From Catajapyx aquilonaris (Eukaryota), in contig JYFJ02003192.1 of the NCBI GenBank assembly GCA_000934665.2, forward strand, positions 1 through 45,290: 45,290 nt of DNA, in the 5' to 3' direction. This document shows, one piece after another, positions 1 through 13,066 of the stretch. The notes under the pieces are model-generated. The model was not told the origin of the DNA. It did not search any database and saw only the letters and a list, made by a program, of their open reading frames with translations. Made by a program: the position numbers and the translations under genes. The number at the start of each line of letters is the position of its first letter. Positions within the stretch are counted from its first letter, which is position 1.

Positions 1-44
1 CCCCCCTCCCAAAACGGTCACGTGGTACGTATATGGACGACCCC
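1..44. mobile_element. Right end of a PIF/Harbinger-like MITE (truncated by window edge)
   Basis: Ends ...TATGGACGACCCC followed by TTA; the reverse complement GGGGTCGTCCATA with a TAA/TTA target matches Harbinger-type termini. Other end lies outside the window. Confidence 0.45.
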
Positions 45-149
45 TTACTCGGTGATTTTATCACTTGGCGAACACTTCACTCGTCAAATCGCCAATAAAA
101 TATTATTGTTCCAATAATTAATCATTGCTAATACTTTCCATAACCATTA

Positions 150-241
150 AAAGTAACAATGCAAAAGTAGCTGCTCATGAGTAAACAGCTAAATGCCAAC
201 AAGTAGCCATATTAGTCGGACAAGTATTTTGGATTACCCTG
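150..241 (-). mobile_element. Fragment of Tc1/mariner-type MITE family B
   Basis: ...CATATTAGTCGGACAAGTATTTTGGATTACCCTG aligns with the reverse complement of 36826-36930 and of 39338-39410. Confidence 0.6.
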
Positions 242-1829
242 CACATATTTATTTCATAATACACGAAGGTCCCATACAAACTATGCAATATCCACCCTGC
301 CTCCTCTTACCCACAACCCAACCAAGTCTACATTGCTGTCATATTGGTCATTTGGGAGGAATATTTGAAACATTCACTAGAACGTGTATGGCCAGAGCAA
401 CACCGCTTTTGGCTAAGTAACTTTGCGCCATGCTCTACTGTGGTGGTACGAAATTGAATGAGTTCAGTCTTCTGCTTCTTCGTGCCGACCCGATTAAGGT
501 CATGTCGGCCATGCTTCTAGGAAAAAACAAAAGCAAAAGCATACAAGTGAAATCCAGTATATGGTAGGTAAAAAATAAAATAAAATAAAATAATAAAAAA
601 AACGTTTCGAGATAATCTGAGGCATAGATTTGACCTTGCACTTGCTTACATGACATTAAAGACAAAACCCAGGCTTCCTAGCCCACTATGAATCTTCAGG
701 ACTGAATGGCCTTCACTGGGCGATAGAGCAGAAAAAAAGCTACTTTGCGGTGTAAATAACTCAAAGCCTCCAAAATTGGACCTTGCGCATTTCTCTTATA
801 TGCCCACGATATTAACCGGGCTAAACAATAATTTAGGTGTTGTTGATTGTGATGGTTGCAGAGAATGTGAAGGTAGCATGCAATGGGGAGGGGTTACTAC
901 TTGGGTTACACATCTGCCCAAGGGTATTTGTTTGACAGGGTATGTCGGAGGCGAATATTTCCAATTAATGGTTGGTAACCCTACTAACCTGGTAACCGGT
1001 CAGCCACAGTAATAACTGGTTAATATAGCTGCAGTCACAGCTGACCGGTTTAATTAGTGTGCGAACCAGTGTATATAGAGTTGGCGTAAACATTTTGATA
1101 TACCATGCTGATGTGATTTGATGAACCTTAAAGGGACACTAGACTGGTTTTACATGTTGTCATTTAAAAAACTGCTAAGGAAATTAAATTTAAGTCCATT
1201 CCCATTGCGGATGGCTCAAAACTGCAAAAAAACAGCTCAAGCTCTGGCAGCAAACAATATTTTTACAAGCCTCGTAAATGTTCTATAATTTTCTACTTGC
1301 TCTAAAAAGTTGCTCGCTATATTTCGGGGAACTGTGTACAGACAACTGTCTTACATCATGTGTGTGACTAATGATTCGGTAGAAACACTCTTTGCACTCT
1401 TCATTGGGCAACAATTTCTCTCAACCAATTTAACAATTAAAAACTTTCGACATCAGTAATGTACGCTCTTATACTGTACAGCATACGAGTCCACTGCATG
1501 CTATACAAAAGCAGGTCTGGCTTTGCAACTTTTTGAAAAGCAACTACGTGTATTCTTCTTTCGGCATCAGCGTGGAAACCGCAGCCTGTACTGGTCACAA
1601 AAAAGCGACACGGCACGTAATTTAGCCTAAGGCATCCAACGTGCAACACATGCGTCCACTCGATTCTGCAGGTGGTCTTCCCAGGCAAAAGAGATGGTCC
1701 AAATGTTCCAAACCTTGCTCAAAAAAAAAAAAGCACAAGAGGACAACAGGAAAACGCATGCAGAAGGAAGAGAGCTTTTATGGGTATTCGATATATCGCA
1801 TTATCGCGTGCTTCTTCGTCGTTGGCCAA

Positions 1830-2510
1830 TAGCTAGAAGCTTTGGGCCAAGACTCCACATGCTAAAGAAAGATGGGGAGGTGGCCGTTCGAGAAATGATC
1901 GATGGAGCTGCAAGCACAGAGAAAAACTCGTGCTGTCAAAAGTGAGACCCTCCCTTTCCCTTATCCAGCTGCTGCTTCTGAATTCCACTTTCTCAAAGAA
2001 AAAGAGAATGGAAGCAGAATATCATATCGCGACCCAGTCGACGTCGTTTGTACTGAATCCCAATGAACTCTTTCAAAGGTACAGAAAAAAAATGTATCAA
2101 GGAGGCTGGGCGGCGGGCATATTTATAATAAAACCTAGAGTTTAAACTCTCGCTATGCGTTGCATCAAGCCAGACGCCTATTTCTGGACTGGGAGAAGAG
2201 CGCAAGTTGGAAATCGATCACATTATATTCCGTGAACTTTCCAATTCTGCCAACTTGTGCTTTTTGACTTTAAAGCCTCGAAAATCCTGCCTCTGCCGCG
2301 TGGAATCCATTCGGCTTGATTTCTGGGGCGAATGAAAAGAGCTGTCGTAAGCTTCCACGACACAACCTTACAGGTCACTTTTAGGAATTTACAATTTTTT
2401 GAGGGGGCTTGGAGCTTCTTCGCTGATTTTTTGGGGGGGTTTCTTCCTGCCTCCTTCCACCCCATACTTATAGTCCTTATAGTCTTGCTTTACACATTTC
2501 CAAGGCTATA
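1830..2510 (+). mobile_element. Highly degenerate non-LTR RT core fragment
   Basis: Ordered motif relics across frames: RSFGPRLHMLKK (KxPGPDG..MLK), ISYRDPV (SYRPI), NELFQR, IKPDAYFWTGRR (P.Q.GFR.GR), LVLFDFKAS (FLD..KAF), VSFHDTTLQV, GGFLPASFHPIL..LYT (GVPQGS.L.PIL..LYT). Confidence 0.5.
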
Positions 2511-2974
2511 TGGTTTGATGCTTCTAGGAAAGGTCGGGAAAAAAATGGAGAAAAAAACGCGCGTGGACTTTTTAATAACAGTAAGGCAGATATTGCTTAG
2601 TCAACTCTATTACAGACCACATTTTGTGGAAAAACATGCACTATATGCAACTAAAAAATTTAAATGAAACATGTCTTCACTCGTCAAGTGTTTACTAGGC
2701 AGGATCAGCAGTGAGATAGGCCACAATTGATTGGTATCAAACTTGTTTCATTTTATGCAAATTCGTGGGTTGTTTTTTATATTGATATCGCCAGATAGTA
2801 GTTATTTTTTGTAGCATGTTGTGCCCCGATCCAGGTTCCCCAGTACACCCAGGGGGTCAAAATAATATAGCAGTTTCTATAGAGTGGGGCACCTGGATCA
2901 TTGTGAAACATGCTACAAAAAACTACTATTTGGTGATATCAGTTATAAAAAACGACCCACAAATTTGGAACACC

Positions 2975-3264
2975 CTGTTAATTCTGTATTATTCTGTATT
3001 TTGGGTGCAGTGTTAGAGTGGAGAGAGAAAACTTCCGCTACAGTATCGCATACTACGAAATATAGGTTAAATACGTGTGGTAGGTACTCGCATTACATGC
3101 AGGTATGCACTGTAATTCACGGCTATAGAAAGAGCGATACTGTTTGCTATAACACAAGGAGAGGAGGAGATGAGTGCACAGTATATTTGCTACGATATAT
3201 GCGCCCTCTAAATTGGGAGAAAGTGAAGGTTCAATTTCGACTATACGCAAGCTATAAAAGTTAG
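2975..3264 (+). mobile_element. Possible degenerate RT core fragment
   Basis: One frame: SVLFCILGAVLE (ISL.C...KVLE), IHGYRKS (QHGFRK), TVYLLRYMRPL..EKV (VYLDF.KAFDKV). Confidence 0.35.
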
Positions 3265-3589
3265 CAACAGGGTGGTCTGTACTTGTCAGAATCAGTCATG
3301 GTTGTCACCGTAGTTGAAACAGCAGTTTCACCTTAACCATTACAATTCCAACGCAGTTAATCACACGCCGCCGGCTGTAACTGCAAACTGCACATGACCG
3401 CAGGAACCGATTTGTGGGAAATTTAATTACTTTGGGAACAACCCCCCCCACCCAATTCCCCCCTTCTTCGAAAATCACTCAAAATGCTGCAGTGGAACAA
3501 GATTCGAGCAGCTCCGATCAGTGGCTGAGGAAAATTCTTGGAACTCGTCCCTGCTACAAACCCACTGGCTATAGAAAAAAAGAACTGGA

Positions 3590-4370
3590 AGGAAAAAAAA
3601 AACCAGCAGGGTTATATCCAAGTCCCAGACTCAACTTGGAAGTTGGAAGTCTCCTGCTGTCTTCATTTCGTCAACACAATTAGAGAAATGAAAGTGGAAG
3701 CCACGCGGATGTTTGCTTTAATGCCTGTCGGAAGTGAAAACCATTCTCTATGGTCGGCTTCCAACTTATCCCCATCCAAGTTCTATTATTCAAGGGTCCC
3801 TAAAAACATGACAAAACAGAGCATCTTATTATTTATTTAACCATAACAACCTCTGGACTGCTCATTAGAATCCGGTTACTCGAATGTCGAAGATTCGATC
3901 ATTGCAACACATTTTGGAGGATGAAGCAAATCCGAGTCTTGGAGCTGAGCAACGTCTCATTTCCGTGCCAATCGGCTCGGGTTGTTTAAACGCAGCGATC
4001 TCTTTCCTCCGGAGCAGAAAGTTCATTTGAGAATTAATAATGGTATTAGCGCCAATCCTCATTGCTACGATTCCCCCTACAGCGTTCTCCTTTCAAGCCG
4101 TCCCTTGTAATCATCACTCTCATAATGCGCATGAATAATTTTCCTGGGCTCACAGTGTACAATCGGATGCCGAAAATAACCCCCGGGCCGAATATGGGGC
4201 TTTTGCGGGGACTTGGGGTTTGCCTCTGGCTTCGGGAGCCAGGCAGAGAGAGAAGAGAGAAGTGGAATGGAATCGCTGCAATGAAGACTTCTGTAAACAG
4301 CACAGAGTACCGGAGCAACTCCGGAGTGCCTTGCCTAGCCCTGGACTCACTTTCCGGCCCAATTTCTTTG
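3590..4370 (+). mobile_element. Degenerate RT core fragment
   Basis: NRLGLFKRSDLFPPEQK (RL...NLLPPEQ.G) at about 3970-4020; LWLREPGRERREKWNG...NSGVP..SLSGPI (W...GR.Q.V.VNG...SGVPQGS.LGP) in ORF 4062-4487. Confidence 0.4.
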
Positions 4371-4759
4371 CCCTCTCCCCCACTAAACCATCATCCTGTT
4401 CAACTCCTACTCCTTGGGACTTTCTACCGTTTACCCTCTTCAGACCTGGAGAAATTGAGCCAGCTAGTCAGCCCAGGGACAGTCTGACGCACCAAACCAA
4501 AGTTCAGCACTACTGTAAATACACCCATGCGAGTCAGCCGCCATCTTTGGTCCAAGATGGCGAAGACATAAAATCCGGTTGAAAATGGCAATGAAAATCC
4601 GGAGCAAGGAGGCATGCATACATACATGCGAAATTGTCGGCCCTGGAAACAAATCATCCCGATTGAAGAGTCCCCAAGGCGCTATTTAAGAATATCCCAT
4701 TGCTGCACAAATGCGAGGGAAAGAAGGCCTAGGTCTGAGTGCATTCAGAGTTGACGCCG

Positions 4760-4985
4760 GAAGGTTGCTGCCTGAATTCGATTTACTGCAGCAGCGCCCA
4801 GACGTATGAGGCAAGAAAATGACGTCATTTATTACCAATAAACACCGCAGTCTGCACGGTCCAAAGGTCCGGATATACTCGGGCCGTGAAAATGGGGAGT
4901 CGCGTCTTGATCGTAGAAGAACGGGGTTTTCTTTGTCCCGGATTTTGATGCAGAATTTACGGTATGCGGGTGTGTCATAATCTAA
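4760..4985 (-). mobile_element. Possible degenerate RT fragment (around GVPQG/INDL)
   Basis: YRKFCIKIRD (NRK..V.I) then FGP..RCLLVINDVI (LGP.LFL.YINDL) in ORF 4686-5000. Confidence 0.35.
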
Positions 4986-6115
4986 GTCCTGAGAGGGCAT
5001 GGCTACTGATGCGATAATTTCTGATCGTTAAACGCGTTTGAAATTCAGCCGTTCGTGGCCGAGTCTGTCTGTATGAATTATTTCATGTTTAAGTTTAAGA
5101 CAAAAATTAGAAATTAAAATAGAGTTCAACACTACCATATTTTAAGACTAAAAGTGTGTTCTCAAGCTCGCAAGAATCTGTCGTAGTGAGAGCGAAAGCG
5201 TGAGCTTGAAGCCAATTCTCGAACCACATTGGTGAATTCGCTCCAAAACGTTCGCTGTCGCGAGCTATCACATGGTTTTACGCTCGCGCTGTGAGCATGT
5301 TCGATCTCAAAATAGTTAATTAAAAGCTAAGCGCATAACCGTAACTCATATGCTCACTTATTCTATTAATTAAAAATACGTTTTTATCTAAGGTCAACAG
5401 GGAAAAAAACTGCTGTTGAGATGTCGTGCAGTGTCTCACGTGTTTCATGGCAATACAATGCAAAGTCACATGCCTCTCACAAAAGAGTCCTATTTATTTT
5501 CTATGAGCCAATGTAGAACGAAGACCAAAACGCTGCATGCGTATTTATAAATGATAAGTAACAGAAAGGTAACGACTTTGGGACAGTTTTTGTCGATAGC
5601 GAATTAAAACTGAAGATCTGTCAGGAAAATTGCATGAGATTGCATCATGATTTTGTCAGTCGACATGCACCTGTTTAGGTATCCCCCTCCTGTGTGCTGT
5701 ATATTCTCGATTGAATATTTACACTTCTCCAGTATTTGTATTGTGAAATCTAGAGAGCTAAACATCACGATCGTGGCATTGAACATACAAACACGCAAAA
5801 CTTTATTCTCCTGCGCAATAAAAATTTAAAAGAATGAGTCACATAAATGGACATTTCGAAATTCGTTTTCTTAACGTAGGCCTACCGTGGCAGAACTACT
5901 GTAGGCTACTTGCAATTTTTATGGAACACTTCAATGAATTAAGTTCTCTGGTATGTTAAAAAATTGCAATCATCAAAACTTTCAGCCGTTACATGATAAT
6001 TTTCTCCTGCCTTTCTCTTTACATATAAATTATAGCTTATAATTTTTTATTATACACATGATTCTATGGTTAATGGTTCAAATTACGTTACATACGATAT
6101 ACATCTACTATCGTA

Positions 6116-6193
6116 TGAGGGGTTGGATCGAAAAACTTGATAACCCTCACAGTAGAGTAGGAGGGTTATCAAGTTTTTCGATCCAACCCCTCG
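6116..6193. mobile_element. Minimal mariner-type MITE / 33-bp hairpin
   Basis: Arms (T/C)GAGGGGTTGGATCGAAAAACTTGATAACCCTC at 6116-6148 and 6161-6193, 12-nt spacer, TA on both sides. Confidence 0.8.
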
Positions 6194-6767
6194 TATATAC
6201 TCGACTCAGTCTACAAGCTTTCATTAAATGGACACCAAGCTAATACTAATGTAACTTACTCCTAATTCTTCAATTATCATAAGTTCATTTGATTTGTATA
6301 GACAACTAATGATTATATCCTGGAGGCATCATCATATATCAATCATTTAAACATTATTAAAATGAATTAATTTATAAAAAGAGGGAAAACAGATATCTCA
6401 CCTACAACATGTTTATACAGCAGGCTGTTATGCAGCGCTGTGATTTGGTCTACTACCCTTTCATTATATATCACAAATATGCAGCACGACTGTTGTGCTG
6501 TGAACTGCTTCATTGTAAAAATGAAAGTCTCATGCTGCCTTGTGCTGTACTGTTGTTAGCTGTCAAGGTCCTGAAGATTGATGAAGCCTTAGCAATGCAA
6601 TATGAGCGTGGAGTTGCACTCCATTTCTCACTGCCAACACTACTTGAGACAAAAATAAATACTACTAATGAATAATTATGCAATTATGCAATATTGTCTC
6701 ATTATGCCCAAAAACTGTCGGCTGCTTTTCTTAGGCAGAATTTGAGAATTTAAACAATGAAAACTTT

Positions 6768-6802
6768 ATTATTATGATTATTATGATTATGATTATGATT
6801 AT
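6768..6802. repeat. (ATTATG)n/(ATT)n short tandem repeat
   Basis: Direct reading. Confidence 0.8.
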
Positions 6803-7648
6803 TTACCGATGGATCTCCGGAACTTGTCGGCCTTGACACTTAAATTCCACAAACCCCTCGCCTGTTGGCGACATTGCCACACAAGAATATATCCTACCGG
6901 TAAAGCCCAACTCGACTAAATGAAGACTATGGTTTGATGGGTTAATTATAATAAATTGCTTTGAGAAGCTTTTCACACGTCGCCGACAGACGCACGAACA
7001 CTGGTGTTTCTACTGTACTTGTCAAATGTACATCTCTTGAGAACTGGGCATAGTAAGAACAGCTTATATAGCGCCTGAGTGATTATTATAGCTTATACCC
7101 TCTAAAACACGGGTTTCCTCTAAGTTGCAACCATACTCATTGTTGATGTTCTCTTTTGCAGGCGGTCTTACATATACTATGACTCCGTCACTTTCCCGAG
7201 GGTAGTACTATTATAGGTATGTGCTTCTATATGTGTAGCATGTTACACATAGAAGCATACAGAATTACAGTTTCCTTATCAGAGCCCAAATTTATAAACA
7301 ATACTGAATGAACTTCTATCAGAGAGAGTGCTGTTACACGTATACCATGTAGGCTAAATCATACAATTAGTGATATGTGTATGAATAACGCACTATGACC
7401 CCGGGCTACTTCCTTCTCCGAACAACAACGTATTAGTAGTTTCTCCCTAATTAATTTTATATGTTGGTTTCGCTTAAAGCCTATTCAAAATGGAATGGCT
7501 CATACTGTGTAGTGTAATGCAAAATTATTACATCAAAACAGGCTGATGATTTGCTTGGCTCTGGCTGAAGGTTCTTCCCAGATTATGAATGTACAGAGTT
7601 TGAAAAGAAATGTTTATCCAGAATTGGCAAGGACACATATTATATTAA

Positions 7649-7805
7649 CCCTGTAATGCCCCTTGGGTCATATCTGGCACACCATTTAGTGCAATTTGGC
7701 ACACTTACAGAAAATATAAAAAATTGCCAAAGTTGCAAAAATTGCACTAAATGGTGTGCCAGATATGACCCAGTGGGCATTACTTAGATTAGTGGCATTA
7801 CAGGG
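7649..7805. mobile_element. piggyBac-type MITE
   Basis: TTAA|CCCTGTAATGCC ... GGCATTACAGGG|TTAA, with a long subterminal inverted repeat (GGGTCATATCTGGCACACCATTTAGTGCAATTT). Confidence 0.85.
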
Positions 7806-8044
7806 TTAACAAAAAATATGCGACAGGACAATGATCCCTCTAAGAATGAAAAATAGCTGATAGCATATACAGTATACCCATTCCCCGCAGTGATGAAATA
7901 ATACGAGTAGCAATGTTCTCCCGATTCGTATACCGGGGCTTGAATAAAAGCAGATAATGCACAGCACAGGCATGGGATCAATAACAGCTAATTAGACAGT
8001 GCTGCAAGATTCGTGTAATTCCAGTTCATCTCCGACCTCTTGCT

Positions 8045-8335
8045 GTGAGGTACATGGTATTTTTTTTTTGTCTGTCGTCTGATGCTTCACATTGGGTCCT
8101 CGCGATCATGCCATCCATTCCACAAATAAGCGACTCTCACGTTCAATACCCTCTGGATGCGGTAATTTCACGGACCCAAAAATGTAACCGAGGAGTGCAA
8201 CATAGTCTTTGTAAATTCACGTCCCTTCTCATTTTCCGCTTTCTCGATAAGGTCTGCCGGTTTTGCCTTCATTTCAATTCGTCTGACTTGAAGTTTCTCG
8301 GAACTCATTTGCACCAAAGTACGAGTAGTGAATAA
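8045..8335 (+). mobile_element. Possible degenerate RT fragment
   Basis: SHWVLAIMPSIPQ (W..A.V..IPK) ... TSLLIFRFLDKV (ISLL..L.KV). Confidence 0.35.
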
Positions 8336-8539
8336 CGAAAATTACATTCCTGTATAGGTCGCGCTAGATTTCCACCGGGAAATGCTCCGAGATGAAAATA
8401 AATAATCATAGCATAAATGCAGTGCAATGGCAAAGATAGAAGTACTGACCATTAGTGTTTCATTCACCTGGGATGATGCAATAACTGAGCATTAATTTTC
8501 AGCACTCCCATCAACCCGTACATCTCTCCTCGTGTCACT

Positions 8540-9123
8540 TGGCTTCAAGCATCGTACTCGGCTCTATGAGTATTTCTGTTTCTAAAAATAGGCGCAGAGT
8601 CTTGGTACAGCACGGGAAACATATGTATACAGTTCAACCGTGCATATGTAATGCCAGAAGCATATTAGTCAACATCCTCTCCCAAATGACGAGCATAATG
8701 TACTGTACAGTATACCGGCGGGCATGAGTCCTCTAGGCATGCGCCGCGAACAGCATATGCATCTCTTGAATAGTCCCGTCAGAAACTGATGTCAGTGCTT
8801 TAATGTCTAATCTGCAAGATTGTGATCACCTCTACAGTACATAATCGGAGAATTTACCTAATAGCTTTAATACAACCAGCTTTTAGTGTACGGATCTTGC
8901 TTGCTTTTTAAATATTTCATTACGCAGAGGTTGACTCATGGCGTTGACATGTTGACATTTCCAAAGTGATCACAAGTTGCCGAAATGCTGACAGGAGTTT
9001 TACGGAATGCATGATTAGGCTAACTCCTAAGTAATTGGTGCTGTATCCAAATGACTGAGCAAAGGTAGTTCGTCTTACATCCGACATAAGGTGATTATTA
9101 CAATCCAAGAGCGAATCAGACAA
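8540..9123 (-). mobile_element. Degenerate RTE-like RT core fragment
   Basis: STNYLGVSLIMHSVKLL matches the RTE-type NYRGISL.SH.MKL; weaker downstream relics (HQFLTG, DAYAVR, LLALHMHG). Confidence 0.55.
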
Positions 9124-9279
9124 GAATCAACTTAGTGTTCCGCGCCCAGCAATTAGAGTAATTGCACCGTTCATAGGTGTCCGCCCTCATGCAGTAATGA
9201 GAAGTAATGGCAATATAATGCATTTACTGGCACAAAACTGTACGCCTTACGCTGGCGTACTCTGGTGCAAGCATCAATC

Positions 9280-9500
9280 AGTTTGTCTTTGGCGGGAGGG
9301 CCGGGCAAATGAGTGGAAACGGTTATTTTGTGTGCTTGGCCCGCATAGGTAGATGTAGTATATATGGTAGGAAAAGTGGTGCCACCAGGGAGATGGATCG
9401 AGTCTCTGCTGGTAATCCCTATTGGGCAACAACTACTGGGGCCCTCTGACATGGATCGCCACCAAGATTTGTAGCTCTACTGGGATTCAGTCAGGCTGCC
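9280..9500 (+). mobile_element. Degenerate RT fragment
   Basis: AGGPG, then GKVVPPGRWIESLLVIPIG (G.VP..W.ES.VIPI.K), then RFVALL (RPI.LL). Confidence 0.5.
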
Positions 9501-10039
9501 GGCGCCCGGTCCTGCCCAGCTGCCTGCCTGCCTACCGTACGTCACACTGAAAAGCTTCCGATCAAATTATGTGCCTCGCCCTAACATATGCGTATGTGCT
9601 ACGCTCTGTTCCTCTCCTACTCGGGTCATGCTTTTCAATAGTATGCTGAGCGGGGTACCCCAAACAGTTCGGCCATCTTACCTTGGAAAGCCGTTAAATG
9701 TTGGAAAGTAACGGTTGCTGTTCCAGCTCCTGCAGACTCCGGAGTGGATAGTCCTGGGTAGGAGTAAAATTGGACAATAATTAAAACATTATAGGTCAGT
9801 TTAGACTTAGTGTTACCTAGGACTGTTTAACTTTGTCAAGTAAGTTAAATCTCTAAGGGCCAATTACTATCTGCCATAATTTTCCCACATGATTTGGACT
9901 CCTGAGCATTACATGACTGAAATAACTTGGAGGTCTGATAGACAACCCAACAAACCTTCAATTACGTGCAAGTGCAGTAAAAATACTTTCAGATTTCCAA
10001 TATAAACGGCATCATTTCAAATTTTTTACGACAAGGTAA

Positions 10040-10760
10040 TCTCGAAAACAAGGTTGTGATTTCCAACACCTGCTTTGATATAAGGCGTTCTACATTATTG
10101 ATATTTCCTCCAGTTCCATTATGAAAGTTGGGGAGTCCTATCGTTGAAAATGGAATGGATATATGGGCACGAGTTGGCCTCCAAAAATTCTCCTTCCGTT
10201 TGACACGCACCACTCTTCAGGTCCATAACTCTCTTTTCGGAAAAACTTTTTTCGACGCCTTCTCTTCGTAAGTGGGTTACATTCTGCAAGAAAGAAAAAA
10301 AAAACGAAGATGGGGGAGGAAGGAAACAGAGAGACATAGAAGGTGGGGGGAGGAAAGCTCTAGAGAAAGAAAGCGAGTGCCTGCGTAGAGTAGGCGGGCA
10401 GGCGGCACAGAAGGTGTCTGGCAAAACGGTCAAAGAAAACCGTTCAGCTGAGCATTGACGCAGGTTGGAAACGCCCGCCGTTTGCGTTCTGTTTCGCCTT
10501 TTCATTCCAGAGACGCATTTACAGAACATTTCTTCCGGGACTCCAGTCAATATTGCTTCTTTTTATGGTAACTCAATAGCGAGCGGGCAATTCGTTAACT
10601 TTGCGAGACGCCTTTCTTTCTGGGGCGAGAACCGGAGTTGGTTGTGCCAAGTCCATCCGGCACAAGCCTTGCAGCACCCCCTCTAACTTGGATGAATCAA
10701 ACCACATTTCACGCCTCACCTCATTTCTACCAGGGGCTCTTATTTACAGCAACGCTTTCC
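10040..10760 (-). mobile_element. Degenerate RTE-like RT core fragment
   Basis: In order: RAPGRNEVRREMW, PRKKG, RSLLSYHKK, QTAGV, SFSRAF, KSGACQ..CPYIHSIFND, GGNINNV (upstream of the YADD position, which is lost). Confidence 0.55.
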
Positions 10761-11189
10761 CCGATTTGCCTCCATATTCTCCAGCACCTTTCTAGGGACG
10801 ATTATCGTTCTGGAGTCGGAGGCAGGGCTCCAAATTGCGGATATAACACTGCTTTTCTCTGGCTTTTTTTGACAAAAAATTGTGGAATGGCAGTGAGCTT
10901 TTCAGCATTGGATCTAGGGGCTGTAATTATTTTACTACACATTAATTACTTGGGGCCAAATTCGGAACGTGGCTAGGAGGCGTGGTTCAACAACATTAAT
11001 TGTGGGAGTTCCCAAAGGCAGTGTGTGTTTACATACTTTGATTTTTGTAACTCCCGCGCTGGAAGCAGGCCAGTCATGTGATATTTGTTGGGCCTGTAAG
11101 TAATTATGCATATGATAATTGCTTACAGCTATATCCGGTGGGTCTGACACGGGCCTGAAATTTAGCTTTCCTCGTATGATGAATTCATA

Positions 11190-11438
11190 TCAAGTAGAGA
11201 AGAGTATAGTATAGATGTGTGTATTTCTGGTTAGTGAGCAGACCCAATGGTGAGTATATACGCTTTCCTGGCTGTTTATGCTTCGAAAAATCTCGTAATC
11301 CGTATTGATCTCACGTGTTCTATCCGCCGATGGCCCACGCTGATCCTGTGATTCCCCTGCTGATCCCCCAATATTTACACTGATCGTCCGATCCAGGCTC
11401 AGCTCCCCTGAGAGTTGTTTGCTTCTATCCTGTGACAC
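11190..11438 (-). mobile_element. Degenerate L1/Tx1-like RT fragment
   Basis: SGELS (GELP) ... DRTREINTDYEIFRSI, matching L1/Tx1-type YRPISLLNTDYKIFAKI. Confidence 0.55.
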
Positions 11439-12724
11439 TTATTACGCTGATTCGTCTTGATAGTATAATTCTAGCGTAGGTTACACAGCTTCCATCTGCA
11501 GCAAAACCTCTGCTCAAATATTTCAGAGAAGTACTATCGTGATGGGAGTCAAAAAGAGTACCCACCTTCTGATGATCCTAATACGTTTTATAACATAAAA
11601 GGGCTATTTGAGTTTTCGATTCAGATGTCGTTCGTCCTATTGCTGTGGTAATTTTGGATGAATGGGTCAGTCGCAATATCAATGGACCAGCCTCAATTAT
11701 ATGGACATTTTGCACATTAAAATTTGAGTGTGATATTCTATGTCACTTATTATCAATGTATTGTAGTGTAGTATTTGCAGTCCCCTTGCCTACCCCCTCA
11801 ACATTTAAGGTCTTAAAAACATGTTTGCTGAGACACCCCCTTCTCTGAAGCTGAAGCTGTAATTGCAATAATTATCACTCTACACACACCAAAACCCCCT
11901 CATTGAAAAAAACACTCCAGAATTCGCTGAATTAATCGTGGGAACAATCAAACTTATAATGCTCGTACTTGACTATAATCAGCTTACTTAAAACCATTAA
12001 AAATCGCTCTTCCATGAGTAGCAATTGTTATTTTCCATAAGACTTGTCAGTTCCAGAAAATAATGTGTGATTGCAGTCGGTCTACGTTTCTCCAAGGCCA
12101 ACTCCATCATAACACAAACTTCCGACTTGATATGATTATTATTTCCAGTTCGTTACCTAATAACTGCCGGTTGATCCGCAGACAAAAAGTATCAGACCGC
12201 CTAAGCACCTTATGAAGGAAGTTAGTCCAAGTGATCATTCAGTTTGCAGTCAAAGGTGAACTAGATCCCTTTGTAGTTTCTCTAATCCGACTTTCAAGGC
12301 AGGCGACTATGACTGAAAATTGCTTTTGCTGACGGTTCCACTCCAGCAGTGCTGGAGATCGTTTTTACAAATCAATTGGTCATTGGCCTCCTAGCAGAAA
12401 AATAATTAAGCCCTCAAATAACGTGCATGTTTCTTTTCCGTGCGTTTTTTTTACATGCTCAAAGTATACTAAAGAGGCGGTATCCTTTGATCACTTCAAT
12501 GTGAAAAGAACCTCGCTACGCCTGAAAAACTGCTTAGAATGCAGTAACTTAAAGTTGGCACACCTGGATTTACACTATTAGTCAATGCACATGTAAGTAG
12601 CAAAATTGAGTATTTTTTTTTCATAAAGTGCACCCAGTATTTATTCAATTTAAATAAGTGGAAGCTGCTTGATTATTGCCTCTAGTACTGTAGTAAGCCA
12701 AAAAAGAGAGTGTAGGCTGCAGTG

Positions 12725-13066
12725 TAGGCAGGCAACAAGGTATACCACAAGAGGCAAAAGCAAAGTGGATCATAGCTGAACGTCCCTGTTCTGGCCCAGT
12801 CTCCAAGAGTTCAGTTATGCAGAATGTGACTGCAATAATTCGCCATTAAAGACCATCTCTTGTTCAATCATCCGCTCACATTCTCTGGAAGCAAAGACTT
12901 CAGAGATGAAAAGCAAATTGGCTTGCGGCATGTCAGAAGAGGAGAGGGAATGCAGATGTGGATATTCCTGCGTAGGCCTACTGTACAGCAACACAGGATG
13001 ATTCGCAGACAAGGCCTAGGATATTCGGTATGCATGTATAAATTGTGCGAGTTGTGCAACTCATAA
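12725..13066 (+). mobile_element. Degenerate RTE-like RT fragment
   Basis: QGIPQE, DCNN..KTIS, RDEKQIGLRHVR (LDE.Q.GFR.GR), WIFLRR (IF.LR). Confidence 0.5.

Noticed and set aside
435..720. Two-exon gene on the minus strand with plausible AG/GT signals
   Set aside because: The joined peptide is unrecognisable and short; no support beyond generic splice motifs.
1128..1145. Kolobok-like terminus TTAA|AGGGACACT; also a lone hAT-like end at about 31890-31914
   Set aside because: No matching opposite end found.
7162..7201. Small plus-strand exon (RSYIYYDSVTFPR); also an 8-nt microexon candidate at 44778-44785
   Set aside because: Only splice-like dinucleotides; no linked exons or recognisable product.
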